DNA of 64,000 bases from Pristiophorus japonicus (GCF_044704955.1 NC_091995.1:40176001-40240000); one strand, 5' to 3'. Shown: positions 51,561 to 62,092, counted from the first letter of the stretch. Notes: a model not told the origin generated them from the sequence alone. A program made the numbers and translations.

Positions 51561-52187
51561 TCAAAGACGTGACATGATGGCTATGCGAGGAAATGGGAAC
51601 ATGTCATACTGGTGCTGCCAGTATACCCATCTGTGTGGGGGTCTATGTGTAACGCGGTGCTTTCCTCTGCACAAACTTGACCTGGGAGTGATTCGGGCTG
51701 ATAATAGCTGTGTTGAATCAGAAGAGATCCAGTCGCGAGCACCAATAGCCCACAACTTGCTGAACAGCAAGAAGAAAACATGAAAACTGTAACACACAAA
51801 TGTTTTTTTTTCAATATGTGTTTAACATTCACATTCGGGGGTGATCAAGAAATACAAAGCTTGTATTTATTTTAAAAAATAGATATACCATAAAAGAAAC
51901 TCCATGCTTTAGTGTTTAGCAAAGTGAAACCCAGTTTGGGATTATTCTGTTCATTGGTCTGATGTGACGTCGTTGCCGACGGCACCAATTATTACTGCAC
52001 CACAAACAACAACTGCGAGTGCTCAAGTCCCTGAAGGATCTGTCCCAGTTAATTTCGACCTTTCAAAAATTATATTCTAAAATAATCAACATGACATTCG
52101 AGCTGTTTTTATTGTGCTGTTTACATTACCATTGGGATGAAAAGTAACCCCTATTCACTAGTGTACCAAGGGCAAGTACTTAAATAG

Positions 52188-52250
52188 CTGTAACTAATGT
52201 CAATTACTATGTAATATAATTGTCTCATGGGCTCTCTCTCAGATATACAT
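52188..52250 (+). promoter_or_regulatory. Paralogous promoter element: 19-mer plus decayed TATA (TATACAT 52244..52250)
   Basis: 19-mer identical to 30722..30740. Confidence 0.6.
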
Positions 52251-53092
52251 GAGGGCCTCATCTGAAGATAACTCATCTTTGTGTCGCTAACACCAACAAG
52301 CTCCGTCGATTTTCATAGAAAATGGGATGTGCAATACTTGCTCAGATAGTAGAAATTTACTACCCTATTCTCGAACTGCTTGGTGTTCCTGGTAAGTCAC
52401 TATTCTCAATTACTGTTTATCTTTATCAGTGTTTAACTGCTCTTTCCACCTATGTGATAATGGCATCCGATCATTCCGAGCTATTGGCTGTATAACTATT
52501 TTTAATGGTATCAGTTAAATGACAAATGCACAAAGTTGCATAATAGTGTTTTAAGTAGATCAAATCATAGAAAGTAAAATTTCCTCTGATCTTGCAAAAT
52601 CAGCATTCTGGTTTTATTCTCCTGCAATTTTGTGGTGAATAGTCCTCTTGTTGGTAGGTTGAAGGGGAGGCAAGACTGGTGCCCACTCACTGGACTGCCA
52701 ACATTAACCCATTGAAGCTTCCTCCATTAACGATGTTAAAAGAGTCCTCATTAACGATGCAATGCTGAGGAGGGGAAACGTAGGTCCTTATTGGTTCCCA
52801 CTACTGGCAGCGATAGTGGGATTCCCATTGGGAAAAGCACGTGCCCAGTCCAATATTGTACATTAAGCAGAGCTGACTAAAAAGAGCACTAACAGTTCAG
52901 GCAGAAGCTTCAGAGCAACAAACACTTAAAATCAACAGGCAAGCAAAGTAACAGCAAACCTCAGCTGCAGCAAATATAACGGCCTGCTCAATGTGCGGTG
53001 GCCTCAGGAAACCAGTCTGCAGATGAAATCGCCCTTATATAGTGCTGGTAACAAATGGGATCGCGTTTGAGTCAAATGTTGCGGACAATGTG

Positions 53093-53511
53093 AGTCCTGT
53101 TGACTTTGGGTGATAATGCAAAATGGGTGATATCGAATTTCCGCTAATTATAGGTCCCGCTCTTTTGTCCCTTCCATCCACTCCAGCGGAAAGGAATATC
53201 GGGCCTTTGGGCGGTGAATCCCATATCGCTAATTTTATACTGTGGCCCAAAGTTAAAGTTACCCCACAATGGAAGGGGGTTCCAGCCCGCTTTAGCCTAT
53301 TTAAAGACGATTGGATGCCTTCTAGGAGGGAGTAGAGGGAACATCGCTGCTCCATTTTACTGAGTCTTTACCGAAAAGGGGCCCTAATTCAGAGCCCCTG
53401 GGGTCAGTTTAACTTTGATCTCAATGAAACGAAGCTTCGGGAGGAGTTTGTCATGGGCGGCCCATCCGATACCATTCCTTTTACACTAGCGCCGAAAGTC
53501 AAACCCGGCCC
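53093..53511. mobile_element. Two fold-back MITE copies (~53093..53265 and ~53399..53511)
   Basis: TTGACTTTGGGTGATAATGCAAAATGGGTGATAT ... ATATCGCTAATTTTATACTGTGGCCCAAAGTTAAAGTTACCCC; GGGGTCAGTTTAACTTT ... AAAGTCAAACCCGGCCC. Confidence 0.65.
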
Positions 53512-54226
53512 TTTGTCTGAACTGAGTGAGAATCCCACCGTGAACAGGTAATGCCCAGCTCGCAGCTTTTATCATTTTCAGGGCGATAAGAAACAACAGT
53601 TTGCCGCTGACTCCCCAGTACTAACCAGTATGGGCCATCACACTGCAGCAAACCCGAAAGGTGTGTATCTGTGTTATGTGCTTCCTGTGCATCGCCGATG
53701 CAGTGCCAGCAATCCGGGTCCTATTGCCAGTTCGTTAATCAATCCTCCAGCTTCTTTTTAGAATTTAAAGCAGCATTGCAAGTGAGCTAACTGTTCACAA
53801 GTGGTTAAAGTGTTTATACAGATCATATCTGAATACCTACTAATTGCAATGTTTTATATTTTATGGCGTACAAGTCTGGTACATAACACGGTTCCCGCTA
53901 CTGAGCTGTGGAACGGGCTGACTCTCGGGCTATATGTGACTGTCCTACAAGCGAGTTTGAAATAATTTGATATTGCGTTCGACCATGAAATTGAACTCAT
54001 GTTGGTCACTATGGGGGTCAAACAGCAGGATACCACCCTGCTCGCTGTTTGACTGCTTAAAATACAGGATTGAATATTAAGCGATGATTAAGATTATAAC
54101 ACCATTGCACGTGTAAAGTGAAATAATGAAGGTTATTTGCAGAAAAGGCACAAAACCTATTTATGCCTGGTTTATATTATCATTGATGTAACCTGTCAAC
54201 AAGCCATGGAATATGTGCGGGTGATG

Positions 54227-54363
54227 GCACTTGATTTAATGTTTATTTTGTCTTCCCCAAAAAGAGTTGTAGAGCTGTTGGGTAAGTGTCTGGAGTGTCC
54301 CCCAGATCAGGGGGGGGGGGGGGGCACTCGATCTAATGTTTATTTTGTACCCCCCAAAAGAGT
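54227..54363 (+). mobile_element. 137-bp insertion with a 13-bp target-site duplication; likely an extreme 3' end of a Tx1/L1-type element
   Basis: TGTGCGGGTGATG at 54214..54226 and 54364..54376; internal ~40-bp direct repeat. Confidence 0.7.
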
Positions 54364-54396
54364 TGTGCGGGTGATGCTATAAAGTATGTGTGTTAC

Positions 54397-54557
54397 ATAG
54401 AAACATAGAAAATAGATGTAGGAGTAGACCATTCGGCCCTTCGAGCCTGCACCACCATTCAATAAGATCATGGCTGATCATTCACCTCAGTACCCCTTTC
54501 CTGCTTTCTCTCCATACTTCTTGATCCCTGTAACCATAAGGGCCATATCTAACTTCC
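54397..54557 (-). mobile_element. Short CR1 3' tail
   Basis: CATAGAAACATAGAAAATAG...CATTCGGCCCTTCGAGCCTGCACC. Confidence 0.85.
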
Positions 54558-55112
54558 CAGATTCGAGTCTAAAGTTGTCTGTATAATTAAAGCCAAATGA
54601 TTGATTAAACTCCAGAAGTTACCCAATTTCACCAGTAACTATTGTTCTCCTTTGATGTAACTCAGGCAATAAAGGGTGTGACATGGATGGATAAATAGTT
54701 TTGTGTCCTCGGGATTTCCACCTGCACGTGGCACAGACAGTGAATGATTTGAGTGAATTATAAATCAGCATTAATTACCACATGACTTTGTTGTTCGAAT
54801 TACTTTTGATATCCATAATCCTGATTTATTTCCCTGCTCCCCCCGCACTATTGCCAACTTGGTGCCCATTGTGATTCTCTCGCGGAGAAGTGCGGTCTCT
54901 CCAAATACATCACTATTTACCTGGTGGTCACGGCAGCGGCTGATCTATTGGTCCTGATATTTGATGTCATGCTGTATCGGATGAATGAAATTTATTTCCT
55001 AGATTTATTCCTGGACTACACTCCGGTCTGAATTTCTTGCTAATTTTTGCTTCTATTGAATGTTCTATCTGGTTAACTGTCGCTTTCACCTTGCCATTTG
55101 TTGCCAATAATT

Positions 55113-55574
55113 GATTTATGAAGATAGGTTGAGTAGGTTGGGCCTATACACACTGCGGTTCAGAAGAATGAGAGGTGGTCTTATCGAAACACATACGGTA
55201 ATGAAGGAGGCTCAACAAGGTGGATGCAGAGAGGATATTTCCACTCATAGGGGAAACTAAAACTAGGGGACATCGTCTCAGAATAAGGGGCCACCCATTT
55301 AAAACTGAGAGAAGGAAGAATTTCTTCTCTCAGAAGGTTTTAAATCTATGGAATTCTCTATCCCAGTGAGCTGTGGAGATTGGGTCATTGAATATATTTA
55401 AGGCGGAGATAGACACATTTTTGAGTGATAAGGGAGTAAAGGGTTATGGGGAGTGGGCGGGGAAGTGGAGCTGAGTCCATGATCAGATCAGCCATGATCT
55501 TATTAAATGGTGGAGCAGGCTCGAGGGGCCAAATGGACTACTCCTGCTCTTATTTCTTACGATCTTGTGTTCCT
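55113..55574 (+). mobile_element. CR1 3' fragment inserted in pseudogene exon 2, TSD ATAATT
   Basis: ATAATT at 55107..55112 and 55575..55580; GPCR sequence resumes after it. Confidence 0.9.
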
Positions 55575-57455
55575 ATAATTAAGAGCCCAATATTACACCA
55601 ACTGCGGTGGTGGTTGTAGTAATATGAGGGCTGAGCTTTTTGGAAAATTTCCCAATTTACTTTACTTTAGAACCTCAAGTAATAAATAACAACATACCGT
55701 GAAATCAAGTCTCTATACTGTACCTAAATGGCTCACATTCTTATGGCTTGATGCAGCTTTAATGCCTTTGATTCAGTTTCTTTTGATTCTGATTATGACC
55801 ATCAGGCACATTCTGCTGACAAGTAGACTGAGGAGGGTCTCGGGAGCAGCCACAGTGACCCAGAAATGGACAATCGCAGGAAATCCGTCATTTTACTGCT
55901 GGTCATATCTGGCAGTTTTATACTGTTATGGACGGTAACTTTTATTCATTATATATGTGTACAAATTAGGGATATTCAATATTTGCACACAGACTACAGT
56001 AATCATTTCACCATCATAGAGCAAACTGGATATATGCTGCAGGATTTGAGTTCCTGCAAAAAACACCATTATTAATGCAATGTCCCAGAGTGAATTCAGA
56101 GAGGACTTAACAAATCTGGTTAAATATTTCTTGGCTCTAATTACTAAGGTAGGGAAATAATTGAAGGGTCTGAGTCTAAGCAAAACTGATTATACAGAAT
56201 TGAGACTCGCTTCCATCTTAATTATGCAACACGGACAGCAGCCGATCAGTGGCCTGTTATTCACCCAACATGAGGTTACTTTCGATAGAGTTTAATGGAG
56301 AGGAATGTCGTCAAGGGGTGTGTAATGAGCAGCCGACCTGCTCCTGCCTGGTTTGTCCCACACCTAAAGGTGAATTTCACCCCGGGCTGGTGGAACTTTC
56401 AGGTCTGGCGGGGACGAAGTCAATGAAAGGACAATCGGGCGGCGGTTATAAACGGCAGCCGAAACAATGAAGCCAGTTTTATTCCCCTCCCTGCGTTCTC
56501 TAAAATATTCCCTAATCTATTTTTAGTTGTGACATTTTAACTTTCAACTTGACTCTCTGGCGAGGATTTTCATCTTGCCGCTGAGGCCTGGAAAGGACTT
56601 TGCAGATTGGTCACCGGTGATAAATCCTCCGTCTTATTCTCATGCCCACTTTAATCCCAGGTTAGCAGCAGAGGGATTACACTGGCCTCGCTCCCTTCAG
56701 TTACACTGAATTTGCTCCGGACCGCTGTATTGGCGATGCTGCAGGTGAAATGTGAATGTGTGGACAGGAGCGGGCTCGGCTGTGTTTCCAGACATTGAAT
56801 AGTGTTTCCATGGCACTGTTTCTGTTCACAAGGGGAGACTGTTTACCTGAGGCCAATGTCAGAGTCAAGCTTTCGGGAGATAAAAGTAAATGGAAAATGA
56901 AATCAAGTTTGTGCGAATAATGTATCAATATTAACAAAACGTATTTTAAAATCCATGGCATGCCTTTATTCTGCGGGGCAGTTCTGTAATATCTAAAGAG
57001 CCAGTTTGTGCAATTATAGATGAGAGTTGACAATATTGCTTCAATGTTAAGCAAGTTAATAATATTGTAATACAGTGACTGAAACATAAGGCATGGGTGA
57101 AATGTTTATGCAAATCACATTGTTTCAGTAACAAAGCAATTGATTCACCATGACTATATCACCGTGTCCCTGGATCCAATGCAAGTCTGGTGTTTGGCCC
57201 TCTCCGGATCTGGTTAAACAACATTGTAATCTAGGGAGTGAAATACAAATGTTAGACATTCCCGAGATGATGGGGCAGAGTACAGTACAGAAAATGAAGT
57301 GACTTGTTCACACTCTTTTCATGGTTCTTCCCCTTACAGGGTGCTCCCCGTTAGCTCCCACAGTGCAGCCCTTACGGTGGCCGTTCCCCAATCCTCTGTA
57401 AATGCTGCTCTGTGGTCAGTTACACAGCAAGAAGTTGGACGCTTCAGTTCCCATT

Positions 57456-57530
57456 TCACTTCACTCCCAGTGGGAAACACTTGCTTGTTGCCTTTCCTGA
57501 TGGGAGGCTTAAATCAGGAACTCTCAGCCT
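57456..57530 (-). CDS. Candidate cytoplasmic-tail exon of the MHC class I gene (RLRVPDLSLPSGKATSKCFPLGVK*)
   Basis: TTTTAAACAG acceptor; open in phase 0, matching the TM exon donor; no homology support. Confidence 0.35.
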   Translation of the reverse strand, partial: RLRVPDLSLPSGKATSKCFPLGVK

Positions 57531-57894
57531 CTGTTTAAAACGGATTCATTAGAAGGACCCACAGTTCACAAATACCAATCTCATTCTACAGGATAAATGC
57601 TCACAGTCCAACAAGGACATCCAGTTTATTGGACATATTGCAGAGCAATAGATTCAAAGGCCGATTCTCGGTGAGAAAATGCACCGTCCTAACTGGTACT
57701 GGCCCTGTCAGCCAGGTTCCCCCTGAGTGCACCGGTCGCTGCTGTCGGAGAGTTCACATTGGCTCCAGGAGTCCTAGGCTTGGAAGGAGGGAAATGGCTG
57801 GGGTTCTGCTCCTGATGGCTATCTAACGACCCCTGCAAAAGGGCGTGTCTCGGGCAACACACATGAAGTGTGGCTCCTCAGATCAGGTACTGAG

Positions 57895-58045
57895 ATAGAC
57901 CGTTGTTTGAACGATAGGGGAGTCAATAGTTATGGGCAACAGGCAGGAAAGTGGAGGTGAGGCCAAAAACAGATCATCCATTATCTTATTGAATAGGGGA
58001 GCAGGCCCTATTTCCTTCTGCTCCTATTTCTTATGTTCTTATGTA
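57895..58045 (+). mobile_element. CR1 3' tail fragment
   Basis: Ends CTGCTCCTATTTCTTATGTTCTTATGT. Confidence 0.8.
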
Positions 58046-58132
58046 CTCATAAGCTGCTGTGTCTGCAAATCAATGAGTTGTCAGGAGAAAAAAGCCCGTT
58101 CTATAGAATTCAACATGCACGTTAATTTGACA

Positions 58133-58445
58133 GAGGTGTGGTCTTTCAGATTAGACTGTCAACTATCTATGCTCTGAGGTGGATGTGAAAGATCCCATGG
58201 CACTATTTCGAAGAAGAGCAAGGGAGTTTTTTTCCTCGTGTCCTGGCCAATATTTATTCCTCAATCAATATCACAAACAGATTATCTGGTCATTATCACA
58301 TTGCTGTTTGTCGGAGCTTGTTGAGCACACGTTGGCTGCCGCGTTTCCTACAATACGACAGTGACTACATTTTCAAAAAGTACTTCATTAGCTGTAAAGC
58401 GCTTTGGGACGTCTTAAGATAATGAAAGGCATTATATAACTATAG
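58133..58445 (+). mobile_element. Deu-domain SINE (SacSINE1/AmnSINE1-related), 5'-truncated
   Basis: AAAGATCCCATGGCACTATTTCGAAGAAGAGCA...GTGTCCTGGCCAATATTTAT...TTGGCTGCCGCGTTTCC...TGTAAAGCGCTTTGGGACGTC. Confidence 0.85.
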
Positions 58446-58557
58446 GTTTTTCTTTATAACAGATATTTAATATTGAAATATAATCCTGGGGCAGGCCACA
58501 AGATTGTCTGTGTAATAATTTTATAAACAAGACTGCAACATAATTCCCTGGCCTTAC

Positions 58558-58661
58558 CTCTCCTCTTCTCCTCCACATATAGATTGAAACCATAACGAAA
58601 GCCAGCGATACCAGTACACACACGACAATCAGCCCCACGTGCTTGTCTTTCTCTACTTTGC
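58558..58661 (-). CDS. MHC class I connecting-peptide/transmembrane exon (GKVEKDKHVGLIVVCVLVSLAFVMVSIYMWRRRGE)
   Basis: AG acceptor in frame with the alpha3 phase-1 donor, hydrophobic stretch followed by basic stop-transfer residues, GTAAGG donor; an alternative in-frame acceptor lies 9 nt downstream. Confidence 0.8.
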
Positions 58662-60518
58662 CTTTCGAAAAATATGAGCAAGGGTTGTATAATTATATGT
58701 GCGGATTGACAGTTTTACATACAACCAATGGAAACCTATGGCCCTGCTCAAGGTCAGTAGGTGGGCTGTTTTATATGTACGAGTTCCCACACCATATAGC
58801 GCACAATGTATGATTTCACTAAGGTGTGACAAGGTTCCTTTTAAAGCCATAAACTTCACTTTTTGTGAAGAACCACAGGTTCAACAAGAACTGGGCAGAC
58901 TGTAAAGGTAACTGCGGTTGGAGGGGAAGGCGGTGGGGGGGTTGGGGGGGGGGGGGGGTGCGGTAGATGCATTGGCTGCGAAGCATGGTTTCCAGAGTGA
59001 TCAGGGCTGGGCCAGCAAAATAAATGAGATGATTGGAGTCCAGTGGAAAAGGGTTGTGTTCATGGTGCCCAGCGAGGCAGGGAGAAGGCACGCTGTTCCC
59101 TCCCCCCACGGATTGCTGGGTGAGGGGATATAAGTGGGAAAGTGGCAGAGGCCTGTGTCTGTGCGGTCTGATGAAAGGGGCAATATGAGGGGTAAGTACT
59201 GGCAGTTGAATTGTTGATGGCCACTATGCCAGCTCCCAGGGCTGGGGGATCAAGCTTCTGACTGTTCCCACAGGTCCATGGGATGGGAGGGTGGTAATGG
59301 TGCAAGTTTGCAGCTCATGAGAATTGTAAATAACCAAATTATATACATAAAAGTTTACACGTAATTCAAACTGTTAAATGCTTACCTTTTTATCAATAGT
59401 AACATGGCTGCTGTATCAATTTCTAGCTTATTCTGTGGAGTTTCCCACCCAGCTCTACTTTGTGCAGTCCCAACCTTCATTCTTGCTGCAGTTTCTTGCT
59501 TTCTGGGCAAAGCCCTCACCCGCCAACTTCCCTGCCTACAGCTTCCTTTGAACTTCGAACCCTAAGGACTCGCCTCTGGACCCCTGCCATCAGGCCACAT
59601 AATTTTATCACCCCTCCCCCTCACTGTGCTACATTTTAATGAGCTTTCCCCACAACAATTCCCCACTCCTCCTCTAACATCACAAAGTGACCTGTCCCCT
59701 CAGTCCCTACCAGCGCAAAGAGACAACAGAAACAAAAACACACTGAAGCTGAGAGTGAAATAGCTTAGCACAGAGCAAACGTTCAAGCTCAGAAACTGAG
59801 CAGCTCCAGAACCACGGTGAAAGGGAACAATGAGAAAGCAGAAACAAACAGTGAAGCAACAAGCATGAATGATGAATGTAGGTTAATGTAGGTTCATCCA
59901 TTCTCTAACCCAGATAGCCTATGAAAGAGATGTGTTTGCTATCTAACTCTGAGATTGTGTGTGTGTGTATGTGTGTGTGTGTGAGAGAGGTGTGAGGGGA
60001 GGGGGGGCATGGAGAGAGACGTATAGAGTGGAATTAGACAGTAAGAAGCAATGAGAAAGATATAGAGAAAGCAAGCTTAAAAAGTACACAAGGGGTGGGG
60101 GGGGGTTGGGTGCAGATTATGGAAGAGTCAGAAGATAACAGAAATTTTCTAAAAGAGCAAGAATGAGAAACAGTCACAGGCAGCCTGCAAGTCCAGAGAT
60201 ACCCAAAGTAATGTATAAAGAAACAGGCAGAAAGAGCAAAAGTTACCCACAAGAAAATACGGTTACAAGGAGTGGAAGAATTTAATTTTCCTGTTCTTGG
60301 CTATCAGCAACAGAACAGAAGACCAAATAGTAACAACTAAAAATCACTGGGAGACAGAATATTCGGTTCATTTCTAGAGAAATGGAATAGAAAAGCAGGG
60401 AGGCAATGGGCAATTTGGTTCAGTCATGCATTTAATTGATCTCTTTCTGCTCTCTCTCCCTGTATGGGATGTTTGTGATTATTGATGGATTGTTCAGTGT
60501 TGCTGCTCATGTCCTTAC

Positions 60519-60785
60519 CCCAGGGGACAGTCTTCCCACCTGACAAGCTGCTGTGTTCAATATGACAGGAATATTGTTTCCCATCATACGGATCAAATTC
60601 AAGGCTTGTCGTTAGCTGATACGTCCCATCTTCATTGGGTAATACTCCAGTAGATTTGGTCTCAGGGGCATGTTCTCCATTCTTCAACCAGGTCACATTG
60701 ATGGACTGCGGGTAAAATCCAAGCACAATGCAGTGGAGAAACCAACGATCACCAGCCCTGGCAACAACTGAGACCTCAGGGGAAA
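60519..60785 (-). CDS. MHC class I alpha3 (Ig C1-set) exon, 267 nt
   Basis: PEVSV...LHCIVLGFYPQSINVTWLKNG...LPNEDGTYQL...YSCHIEHSSL...VPW; TAG/GTAAG splice sites, phase 1-1. Confidence 0.93.
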
Positions 60786-60850
60786 CTACATGATAGAATG
60801 ACAATTATTTTCAACTTCAATAAAAGTCGCACATTTCACAATTAATTAAA

Positions 60851-60991
60851 GGGGTTTATTTAAACCTTTGCCGCTAGTGTAAAATGGGCAATATCAGATC
60901 GGCCGCCTGTCAGAGGATAGGGTGAGGTGTGTAATGGAAGCTGATCCGATATCGCCCATTGTACAATATCGCCAAACTTTAAAATTACCCC
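60851..60991. mobile_element. Fold-back MITE filling most of the 225-bp alpha2-alpha3 intron
   Basis: ~55-bp imperfect inverted arms: GGGGTTTATTTAAACCTTTGCCGCTAGTGTAAAATGGGCAATATCAGATC / GATCCGATATCGCCCATTGTACAATATCGCCAAACTTTAAAATTACCCC. Confidence 0.8.
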
Positions 60992-61010
60992 CAGGTTGTT
61001 CTGAACTTAC

Positions 61011-61286
61011 CTTTTCTGGTTAGTGATACATTTCCAATTGAATAGTATGCCTTCCATAATTCCACACAGTCCTTTTCTAACAAGCTCTTGAAGTAATGGT
61101 TCATCATTGTTTCCTTATCCCATTTCGCTTTGAAGGTCTGAGCTAATGGATCATGTACAGTCCAAACCAATTTGTCTTTATCAAAACTAAATGCGTATCT
61201 TCCATCAAAAGCTAACTTCAGAAGCCCTCTACTAGGATTGGCGTCATTCAGCTCACAGCCAAACAGTCCTTGAATGTAATGAGTAC
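61011..61286 (-). CDS. MHC class I alpha2 exon, 276 nt, non-classical
   Basis: (G)THYIQGLFGCELNDANPSRGLLKLAFDGRYAFSFDKDKLVWTVHDPLAQTFKAKWDKETMMNHYFKSLLEKDCVELWKAYYSIGNVSLTRK; both Cys, FDG, W133, KW; TAG/GTAAGT, phase 1-1. Confidence 0.93.
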
Positions 61287-61609
61287 CTAGAACAGTAATT
61301 CAACCAATCAATGGCTACATAATTATCGCATCTATTCACACCAAGTCTGAGAATTTCAGCTATTTTCTCGTCACTTCACATCCAGTCACTCTTTCCATTA
61401 CTAAGGGTAGAAATGGAATTTAGTATCTGAAACAAGCATCATCACACAGACATACTTACAGCACTGAAAGAGAACAATTGGCACCAAAGTTAAACTGCAA
61501 CTGCCGGTTAATATTCTTGCTATAATAAGTGCTCAGGACTGCATGCAAAACCCCAACAGTGTCCTGACCAAAGTCTTCTTTGAGGCCTTGATGATATATG
61601 TTATGCCCC

Positions 61610-61833
61610 TATGATTTTAAAAAAGCGGATGGAGTGAAAGTGGTCTTTGCCAGTTGTGTGAAATGGGTTCAGAGTGGATCAGAAGCCCGGTTTACACTCC
61701 ACCCATTTTTCACAGATGTAAAGTGGGCTGTCAATTCACTGTGGCCCCAATGGAAGGGAAGATTGGGCAGATTGTGTAATGGGTGACCAATCCAAAATCA
61801 CTAATTTTACACTTAACAAAAGTTAAAATGATC
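61610..61833. mobile_element. Degenerate fold-back MITE copy
   Basis: TGTGAAATGGG...CCCATTTTTCACA; end TTTTACACTTAACAAAAGTTAAAATGATCCC. Confidence 0.5.
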
Positions 61834-61907
61834 CCTCATCTATACAACGCCACAGGAAATTGAGCAGAAAATTCAAAAATGTTACATCTTCTTGTCCACA
61901 AATAGAT

Positions 61908-62092
61908 CCCACCGGTCTGGGCCCCGGGCATTGGTCCTTTAATTCCCCTGGTCTGGGCCCTGGTCCTTTAATCCCCACCGGTCTGGGCCCCGGGCACTGG
62001 TCCTTTAATTCCCCTGGTCTGGGCCCTGGTCCTTTAATCCCCACCAGTCTGGGCCCCGGGCACTGGTCCTTTAATCTCCACCAGTCTGGGCC
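61908..62092. repeat. Short VNTR, alternating 37- and 29-bp units (66-bp period), core GGTCTGGGCCC...TGGTCCTTTAAT
   Basis: Units start at 61908, 61945, 61974, 62011, 62040. Confidence 0.9.

Larger units (their letters stand above)
52322..56160 (+). pseudogene. GPR139-like GPCR unprocessed pseudogene (exon 1 52322..52391; exon 2 54854..56160)
   Basis: Exon 1 MGCAILAQIVEIYYPILELLGVP + GTAAGT; exon 2 is colinear with 34105..35030, but the acceptor is TG not AG, there are frameshifts, the DRF codons are deleted, there is an in-frame TAA and a CR1 insertion. Confidence 0.92.

Noticed and set aside
51561-51832. Short overlapping ORFs with a minus-strand acceptor-like site
   Set aside because: No recognisable homology; cannot be tied to a gene
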